DNA of 64,000 nucleotides, from assembly GCA_009930475.1 (NCBI GenBank), contig RZYC01000002.1, positions 1,121 through 65,120 of the forward strand, read 5' to 3'. This document shows positions 57,415 through 64,000 of the stretch, in pieces. Numbering within the stretch: position 1 is the first letter of the stretch; each line of letters begins with the position of its first letter. The notes beneath the pieces were generated by a model. It saw only the letters and a list, made by a program, of their open reading frames with translations. It was not told the DNA's origin and searched no databases. The position numbers and the translations under genes were made by a program. This stretch comes from Spartobacteria bacterium. GTDB lineage: Bacteria > Verrucomicrobiota > Kiritimatiellia > RZYC01.

Positions 57415-58063
57415 CCAGCTGCTTCAAGAAAGACAGCGACAATTCACTCATCGCATCAATAACGCAGTCCGCCTCATAGAGTCTCTCGGCCGGATGGGAA
57501 TTCGTCACGGCAACCACCTTCATGCCGGCCGCCTTCCCTGCGGCAACCCCCACGGGGGCATCCTCGATGACAACACATCGCGATGGCGGCAATCCCAGCT
57601 GCTGCGCCGCAAACAAAAAGATATCAGGAGCCGGCTTTCCAGCCTGGACATCCGCCGCAGTACAAATGGCATCAAAAGCATTGGCCAAATGAGCCGCCTC
57701 CAGCGCACCTTCAATATTTTCGCGACTGGAAGACGACGCCACCGCATGTGGAATCCCCTGTTCATGAAGAAGCTGAAGCAGTTCACGAACACCTGGCAGC
57801 GGCTCGATTCCCTTGTTGCGGAGATGCTCCAGATACAGGACTTCTTTCCTTTGCGACAAACGTTCCGCCTCCTCCGCATCGCTGGTCCATTTCAGATAAT
57901 CCATAATCGTTTCACAGTTGCGCATGCCAAAACAATGCACATAAAAATCATCGTCGAGCATATAGCCATTCTCTTGCGCCATTTGCTTCCAGCTTCGGTC
58001 GTGGTACTCCCGAGAATCGACAATCACACCATCCCAGTCAAAAATCACCGCCAATGTATCCAT
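57395..58063 (-). CDS. HAD-superfamily hydrolase (beta-phosphoglucomutase-like, subfamily IA)
   Basis: Motif I VIFDWDGVIVDS, motif II VASSS, motif III K...(G)DAPVGVAAG. AGGAG sits upstream of the ATG at complement 58061-58063. Confidence 0.75.
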   Translation of the reverse strand: MDTLAVIFDWDGVIVDSREYHDRSWKQMAQENGYMLDDDFYVHCFGMRNCETIMDYLKWTSDAEEAERLSQRKEVLYLEHLRNKGIEPLPGVRELLQLLHEQGIPHAVASSSSRENIEGALEAAHLANAFDAICTAADVQAGKPAPDIFLFAAQQLGLPPSRCVVIEDAPVGVAAGKAAGMKVVAVTNSHPAERLYEADCVIDAMSELSLSFLKQLVGAADA

Positions 58064-58176
58064 AAATTCTGTTCTCCTGCTACGATCCATATCCAAATGA
58101 TTCCAATAAAAACTTTTTCACACCGCTTGACAAAACAACCATTCTGAAGGACTATGCCAACACTTTTTCATCAAGC

Positions 58177-58251
58177 GGGCGATTAACTCAGCGGAAGAGT
58201 GCTACCTTCACACGGTAGAAGTCACAGGTTCGAACCCTGTATCGCCCACCA
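58177..58251 (+). tRNA. tRNA-Val (anticodon CAC), CCA encoded
   Basis: Acceptor GGGCGAT/ATCGCCC, D-stem ACTC/GAGT, anticodon stem CTACC/GGTAG, loop TTCACAC, T-stem ACAGG/CCTGT, T-loop TTCGAAC. All stems are Watson-Crick. Confidence 0.85.
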
Positions 58252-58431
58252 TTTCCTCCTTCTTCAATTCCTCTTAAAACCCCTGTTTTTACTTGTCGAA
58301 ACGGCACTTTACCGCCCACACCGAATTGTTCTAAGATGTACTAAACGGTCTTAAATTGCAACAGCCAAACCGCTCTATTACATACAAGCTCGAAGTACTC
58401 TAAGCACCTATCGTTTCACCGATACGTGCGC

Positions 58432-61400
58432 TTATTCTGCCAACTGCACACGCACACGATAGAAGACCGTGGCATCGGCACGATTCACGGTATCCGTGTA
58501 ACTGTTCATCGCCGGATTGAGCGACGGGATATGGCCCTGAAGCACTTGCATTCCGTTCAGCAGATTGGTGCTGAAATAAATTGAATAGGAGCGGTTCGAC
58601 TGATCGGTTCCCAACCAGCGAATCACATGACCTTCATCGGTGCTGACAGAAATTAATTCGGATTTAAGCATGGAATCGGCCTGGGTGGGATCGGTTCCGG
58701 CGACATATTCCTCCCAAGCGCGCATCGTATCGTCATCGCTGTCACACCACGCGACATCTTCATAATCACTGTTGGTGGGATAATAAGTATGAATCCATTC
58801 TTCCGGCACAGGAACGGGCGTATTGGTGGTCACCATCGCGGCAAAGCTTGCGTTCAGGGTGCCATCACCGGAGACGTTCAGCCACTTATACTCGTAGGAA
58901 ACAGCGGTGTTATCAAAGGCAACACCAATACTGCTTCCATTGGTACACACATCAGCAATACGATATCGGCCGGCGGCTGTGATCGTGAATAACTGATCCT
59001 CACCATCGACAACGGTCACTTCGCCATCCGGGCTGACAGCTCCATGCTCCCCGGCGGTGACTGAAATGGTATGATTCGGCGCATCAACTTCGACGATGCG
59101 CAGGTACTGAACCAGAGCGCCGTCCGATGTAATCGAGCGATCATCTCCGGTACCGGCATCCAGACTGACCCAGATCCCGTCATCATAGAGTTCTTGACCG
59201 AGTTTCGGGGTGTCCCAGAGGAGCACAAAGGCATCACTGGAGGCCAAGTTCTGCACATTGTAATACTTGGTGACATCCAAACCCAGCGTGTTCCAGGGGC
59301 CCTGCAGGTCATACGTGTCACTTGCGGCGGTATGCGGATCGCCCAGAATCAACGCAAAGGCCAACACGACATCATTGGCAGCAGGTCCGGCACCGGCCGT
59401 TTCATATTTGGCGGTGGCCAGAATTTTCGGGTTGTCATTGCCATCGGCCTTGCGACTGAGAAAATAGCGATTCATGCTGCGCAAAGCCGGGCTGTTCAGA
59501 CGCGCCCAGTTGACCCGACCATACCACTGATCCAATCCATCGGAATATTGTGGCGGGTTTTCCCAGAAGGTCGCCTTGTTCCACTGCTTAAAGTTGACGA
59601 TATATTTACCGAAATTCAGCTCATAGAGCGCAAATCCCTGATCTCGCCCGCCCACTTCACCGGTGGCGGGAATAATGCCCTTTTCCTGACCGTAGAACAT
59701 CATGGGAATCCCGTCGATCATGGCGTTGCAGCCATAGCGCGAAGCCGTCATCCAGCAGTCATCTTCCGGCATCACTTCATCGTGACCGGTCAGATTCAGC
59801 AGCACAGAACCGCCATTATACGCGTTGCGTCGATCTTCATAAGCGTCCTTAAACTGATAGGTCTCGCTGATATGCGCCTGCGTAAATTTAAAGACGATAT
59901 CCTCATTCAGCACATCGAAATGACGATTGGAACGATATCCCGGAATCCCGCCATCCAATGTTTCTGCCATAAAGATGAAGTTCCATTTTTTACTGCGCGT
60001 ATGATTGATGAAATATTCCCAGAACTGCGGAGGCAAACCCTGACCGAAATCACAGCGCAGCCCGTCGATTCCTCGATTATCCTGGCTGTTCACGTAGCTG
60101 TTGGTGCCTGAGTGACCCGTTTTTTCCAGCCAGTAATCAATATAGTAGCCGAAATATTTCCAGAGATCCTTGGTATCCGTGCCCATGCCCGGGAAGTCAT
60201 ACCAGTCGCCTTCATTCAGATAATTAGCATTGTCGGCGGGGTTATTCCTGACCAGCGCAGCGTAATTTCCGAAGAATAATTCCGCCACATCGTCCCATTT
60301 ACCAAAGTCGCCACGATCCGGAGCCGTCGCACAGTCATTGCTGTATACACCGGAATAATAGGTGGCGGGCTGACCATAATCCGTCCAGAGCGAATACCAG
60401 CCCGGCTTGCCCCCGCCGATGCGATCGTCCTTATTGGTGCAGAATCCCAGATCCACGCCGGCCTGTCCAAATTCGGCGTCCCATGCGGTATGATTGAATA
60501 CGCCATCGAGCATGATGTTTATGGTGCCTACGGTACCGGTATAACTGTCGCAGAGTGCCACAAAATTGGTGAATTCGTTCATGGCATCGTCTTCGGTGCC
60601 TTCATCACCAAACCATTTCGATACGGCGAAATAATCGCGCGTCGCATAGGGACTGCCCGGCGTATAGCCCGACGGATCACCGCGCGTGGTATCGGCACTG
60701 GGATGAATGGGCTGGAACCACAGGCAGTTGGCCTGCAGGTAATCCATATGGTTCAAATTAAACTTCCCGTTATCGGGATCGGTTAAACTGCCAAAGGTGC
60801 TGCGCCCCGCCTCGCTGGATTCGGCTGCATTTACCGTCAGTGCGTTCAGCTCGTACATCGTCAGGTCATGCACCTTTTTCGGAGAAACCACGACGGCATG
60901 ATCGCGCAGGCCGTCGCTGCTGTACCAGGTCCAGTTGGTTCCGCTTTGTTCTGTCGTCTGGAAGCGGGCCGTCAAACGATAGGCCCCGCAGCGGCTGACC
61001 CTTCCCGTCCAATAGTAGTCATCCGGTCCACCGGTCATGGCAAAGGCCGTGAAATACGCGCCCACATCGTTGGTGGTCAGCAAATTGCCGTCGGGCGGAC
61101 AAATCCCGTCGGCATAACCATCCGGAGTGATATGCTCATTAGAATAATCCACATCCACATATTCACGACGTCCGACATTGGAAAAGATTTCCACATTTTT
61201 CGCCGTGTCATCGCCGGGATTATAATGCACCTGAATGTCCACCGAATCGCCATTGATTTCATCAATAAAGGCCTTGGAGGTGGTATAATCCGCATTTTGC
61301 CAGCTATTGCCGCCGTCAATGGACACCTGAAGTCCCGACGCACCGGGGGTATACAGGGAAACAATGAACAGGTGGTCAGGATCGGCACTGTATTCGGCAA

Positions 61401-63210
61401 AGCGTTCCACATTATTGCCTTCGCTGTTCCATGCACCGACTTTATAACGAATGGATGATCCCGCATCAACGGGGAGTCCATTGACGGATCCCTGCCACCA
61501 CATGGCATCACCGCCTTCGAATTCATCTTCCTCCACATGATCAAAGACACATTCCAGCACCAACGTATCGGCGTTACCAGCCACACCAAGACCGGTGATC
61601 ACCGGATCGGTACCATTGGTGGTGTAATAAACGACCACATGATCAGCCCAGCGATTGGTGCCCGATCCCTGCGCGTAGCCCACTTTGGTCCAAAACTGCA
61701 ATCCGTCAGCCCCCGTCTTCACCACATTGGTTCCATGATAAATGAATCCCGGTTCATCGCCGGAAGCTCCCGCATACGTGAAATGGAAAGGCTGCGACTG
61801 TGCTCCAGTGGCCGAAGCAAACAAGGTATTATCCATACCAATATAGGTGGTATCGCGATTCTCATAGGTCACCTCCATATAATATTCAACTTCGTTGGTG
61901 GCCACAAACGTATCGGCATCGATTTTCGTCTTCCAATATTTGTTATTATCGACCTCCGAATCAAACCCGAGTCCGGCAGTTTGCCAGCTTTCGGCTCCGA
62001 CCAGGCGGTAGAAGACGGATCCGCCATTCTGATCACCGGCCGTTTCGTCATTCTGAAAACAGTTTCCCGTGTAAAGATAGACATCGCTATCGGCATAAGG
62101 GATCAGCGGATTACGCATAAACGTTCCCTGCGGCTCATAATTGGCAGGGATATGCCAGCAGTTGCCGAGATGGGTAATATGCGCAGCGGTTGTCACACAT
62201 TGCGTGAAAGAATTACCGCTTGTTCCCCCTGCTTTTTTAGCGCGAACACGATAATAATAGGTGGTTTCAGAGATCAGCCCCGTTACCAGACAGGTCGTGA
62301 CACTGTCCGCACTGACATCTTCATATCCAGCAACAAACTTCATAAAATCATTGGTATCACTGACATCCACCCGATATTCCGATGCTCCTGTGCTGGATTC
62401 CCATGCGGCCGTAAAATCAAACTCATTCGTTACAGAAGCGGGCAAAACAGCCGGAGCATCCGGCACCGCAGGCGACGGATCGTGCACCACATAGAAGTAG
62501 TTCGACCCATCATTATTACCACGTAAAGTGCAGAAATCCGTATACTGTTCCACCATCTGCTGCGGGAATGTGGAGGACAGCACATAAAACCGAACTTCCG
62601 TTCCATCCACCTGGTCGGGAATTTCCGCTGTCATCGTAGAGGTATCACCTGTAGCAGCAACAAAAGAAGAACTGCTCCAGTCATTTACCGAATAACGGAC
62701 ATAGACTGTTTCTTCAAATGATTTCATTCGATCCAGCCCGATCGTAACCGTCACCGGATCAAGACCAGCCGTTTCCGCATCGTTCGTCACCGTAGCGATC
62801 GTGGCCGGCCATGCGGTGGTTTCCATAACGAGGAATGGACGATCCCACCAGGTCGAATCCCCCCCCAGACGAAATGTTAAAACGTGATCAGCGGTGAAAC
62901 TGCTGTTCATGTTACCCGCACCAAAACCAATCCGTGCCTGACCAAGCGTTGCATTTGCTGTGGCATTCTGCGAATCCGTTCCCGCCCCCCACTTCGGGTC
63001 GTAATTCCCCTTCTGATCAAAAATAAACCCACAGCTCCCATCTACAGTATTCGTGAGACTCACCGCCCAATAATTACCAAAAGCAATATCCTGAGCCATC
63101 CACGACGGCTCCCATCCGTTCATATCCCCGCGTACCGACTCCGCATCCGCCACACCCGCCCCCAGCAGACAGCAGAAAAACACAGCAAACAGCGCGCGAA
63201 TACCTCCCAT
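58432..63210 (-). CDS. Giant secreted multidomain glycoside hydrolase family 13 (alpha-amylase superfamily) protein, about 1,592 aa
   Basis: Signal peptide MGGIRALFAVFFCCLLGAGVADA. GH13 regions I (VFNHTA), II (GIDGLRCDFGQ), III (FIFMAETLDG) and IV (LTGHDEV). The ORF-track start at 63561 runs through the REP cluster and is rejected. Confidence 0.75.
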   Translation of the reverse strand: MGGIRALFAVFFCCLLGAGVADAESVRGDMNGWEPSWMAQDIAFGNYWAVSLTNTVDGSCGFIFDQKGNYDPKWGAGTDSQNATANATLGQARIGFGAGNMNSSFTADHVLTFRLGGDSTWWDRPFLVMETTAWPATIATVTNDAETAGLDPVTVTIGLDRMKSFEETVYVRYSVNDWSSSSFVAATGDTSTMTAEIPDQVDGTEVRFYVLSSTFPQQMVEQYTDFCTLRGNNDGSNYFYVVHDPSPAVPDAPAVLPASVTNEFDFTAAWESSTGASEYRVDVSDTNDFMKFVAGYEDVSADSVTTCLVTGLISETTYYYRVRAKKAGGTSGNSFTQCVTTAAHITHLGNCWHIPANYEPQGTFMRNPLIPYADSDVYLYTGNCFQNDETAGDQNGGSVFYRLVGAESWQTAGLGFDSEVDNNKYWKTKIDADTFVATNEVEYYMEVTYENRDTTYIGMDNTLFASATGAQSQPFHFTYAGASGDEPGFIYHGTNVVKTGADGLQFWTKVGYAQGSGTNRWADHVVVYYTTNGTDPVITGLGVAGNADTLVLECVFDHVEEDEFEGGDAMWWQGSVNGLPVDAGSSIRYKVGAWNSEGNNVERFAEYSADPDHLFIVSLYTPGASGLQVSIDGGNSWQNADYTTSKAFIDEINGDSVDIQVHYNPGDDTAKNVEIFSNVGRREYVDVDYSNEHITPDGYADGICPPDGNLLTTNDVGAYFTAFAMTGGPDDYYWTGRVSRCGAYRLTARFQTTEQSGTNWTWYSSDGLRDHAVVVSPKKVHDLTMYELNALTVNAAESSEAGRSTFGSLTDPDNGKFNLNHMDYLQANCLWFQPIHPSADTTRGDPSGYTPGSPYATRDYFAVSKWFGDEGTEDDAMNEFTNFVALCDSYTGTVGTINIMLDGVFNHTAWDAEFGQAGVDLGFCTNKDDRIGGGKPGWYSLWTDYGQPATYYSGVYSNDCATAPDRGDFGKWDDVAELFFGNYAALVRNNPADNANYLNEGDWYDFPGMGTDTKDLWKYFGYYIDYWLEKTGHSGTNSYVNSQDNRGIDGLRCDFGQGLPPQFWEYFINHTRSKKWNFIFMAETLDGGIPGYRSNRHFDVLNEDIVFKFTQAHISETYQFKDAYEDRRNAYNGGSVLLNLTGHDEVMPEDDCWMTASRYGCNAMIDGIPMMFYGQEKGIIPATGEVGGRDQGFALYELNFGKYIVNFKQWNKATFWENPPQYSDGLDQWYGRVNWARLNSPALRSMNRYFLSRKADGNDNPKILATAKYETAGAGPAANDVVLAFALILGDPHTAASDTYDLQGPWNTLGLDVTKYYNVQNLASSDAFVLLWDTPKLGQELYDDGIWVSLDAGTGDDRSITSDGALVQYLRIVEVDAPNHTISVTAGEHGAVSPDGEVTVVDGEDQLFTITAAGRYRIADVCTNGSSIGVAFDNTAVSYEYKWLNVSGDGTLNASFAAMVTTNTPVPVPEEWIHTYYPTNSDYEDVAWCDSDDDTMRAWEEYVAGTDPTQADSMLKSELISVSTDEGHVIRWLGTDQSNRSYSIYFSTNLLNGMQVLQGHIPSLNPAMNSYTDTVNRADATVFYRVRVQLAE

Positions 63211-63221
63211 ACGGTCGTTTT

Positions 63222-63339
63222 GAAAAATTCCAATGATTGGAACTTTTTCAGACAAGACTTCCAATGAGTGGAACTTTTTATGGAAATACTTCCAATCATT
63301 GGAACTTTTTTCAGAACGTTTTCCAATCATTGGAAAACG
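63222..63339. repeat. Cluster of four REP-like palindromes (BIME-like) immediately upstream of the GH13 gene start
   Basis: Copies at 63222-63249, 63258-63283, 63289-63312 and 63319-63339. ORFs 63120-63326 and 63233-63544 are translation artefacts (…KVPIIGKSF…). Confidence 0.8.
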
Positions 63340-63600
63340 CATTCGACGCCAAATATCACGCTTTAATAAAACGCTTATACACGCGGATAAAAAACCATTC
63401 CTCATAAATCCACCTTTCGGAAAACGCCTACCACAACCAGAGCAACTGCGGACAAAAAACACACAAATAGAAAGCACACAAATAATAGAAAGCAGGGTAA
63501 AAATGACACGATCCTGGAAAGAAAGCAAAAAGAAAAATGAATGAGCCATCCACTCAACCAAATGAGACTTATCGCATAGAAATGGACGCAGGTCTAGGGA

Positions 63601-63690
63601 ATATTTATTATTTACCTGTCACTATTTACCTGTCACTATTTAGACATAGATATAGATATAGACATAGGACATAGAGACATAGGGGTAATA
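63601..63690. repeat. Non-coding direct-repeat tract: TACCTGTCACTATT x2 followed by ATAGAY hexamer repeats
   Basis: tttacctgtcactatttacctgtcactatttagacatagatatagatatagacataggacatagagacatagg. A further imperfect repeat CACACAAATAGAAAG x2 lies at about 63471-63505. Confidence 0.6.
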
Positions 63691-63700
63691 TACAGGGCCA

Positions 63701-64000
63701 TTATGTAATTCGACCGGGTCGCCTGACGTACAACGCCATCGATGCGGCGCAGAAGACAACACTGACAATCAGGGCAACGCCACTTTTAACAACACCAGGC
63801 GTCGGCCCGAACAACCGCGGATAAATATCAGTCACGCGTTCATCAAACAGAAAATCACCTGCACGCATAGCCCACACCCAGCCGGCATGGAGTCCGATAC
63901 AGAGATACACACTCCCGTAGCGGGCGTATAAAAAACACATGGTCAGGCCCATAAAGAAGAGCAGATAAATTTTGTAACCTTCATAGGGCCAATAAAAATC
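63701..64000 (-). CDS. CPBP-family (CAAX-protease/Abi-like) intramembrane protein, C-terminal part. The gene probably continues beyond the window end.
   Basis: ...GLHAGWVWAM... resembles CPBP motif 3 (His in a TM helix). Hydrophobic throughout. Confidence 0.4.
   Translation of the reverse strand, partial: DFYWPYEGYKIYLLFFMGLTMCFLYARYGSVYLCIGLHAGWVWAMRAGDFLFDERVTDIYPRLFGPTPGVVKSGVALIVSVVFCAASMALYVRRPGRIT

Noticed and set aside
58252-58431. Integrase or att-site remnant downstream of tRNA-Val
   Set aside because: No direct repeat of the tRNA 3' end and no integrase ORF. The next feature is simply the stop of the convergent GH13 gene.
58432-63561. 1,709-aa form of the GH13 ORF starting at 63561
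   Set aside because: The extra 117 codons read through the four-copy REP cluster (…SSNDWKYFHKKFHSLEVLSEKVPIIGIFQ…). A signal peptide begins at the Met at complement 63210.

Overview
This is a 64-kb window of a diderm (Gram-negative) bacterial chromosome at about 50-53 % GC. Diderm status is shown by KdtA, TolC, Wza and an outer-membrane beta-barrel; the taxon cannot be determined from sequence alone. Coding density is high and most genes are on the minus strand.

Housekeeping blocks that can be recognised:
- ybaB-recR
- aroQ-accB-accC
- pyrE and pgi
- rimO
- kdtA
- tRNA-Val(CAC)

Accessory and unusual content:
1. Minus-strand gene array, 1-17185, tightly packed and longer than 17 kb, headed by a DtxR-family iron repressor. 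It runs dtxR, feoA, feoB, a FeoB-associated Cys-rich mini-protein, an outer-membrane barrel, a secreted FMN-binding-domain protein, a Cys-rich unknown protein, an orphan PqqD-like RRE protein, a 700-aa polytopic membrane protein, an FtsX permease, a MacB-type ATPase, a 1,599-aa double-FtsX permease fused to a catalytically degenerate PA/M28 peptidase-like ectodomain, and a second large membrane protein that runs off the window. This array is the best candidate for an undescribed system.
2. A dispersed family of perfect 25-nt palindromes, consensus AAAAGTTCCAATCATTGGAACTTTT, with at least 12 copies and two 3-4-copy clusters, together with two diverged paralogous IS200/RAYT-like HUH tyrosine transposases.
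3. A DUF4956-HlyD-TolC three-gene module with no canonical inner-membrane pump.
4. An Hsp70 (HscC-like) gene paired with a DUF2760-like gene.
5. A Pro/Thr-rich tandem-repeat envelope protein whose start abuts the kdtA stop.
6. A degenerate NtrC-like regulator without an HTH.
7. A Wza-Wzc-PHP-phosphatase polysaccharide export module.
8. A 1,592-aa secreted GH13 protein preceded by a repeat-rich leader.

No CRISPR array, rRNA or obvious prophage is present.

Coordinates were derived by manual counting. Small offsets of +/-1-3 nt are possible for features not taken directly from the ORF track.
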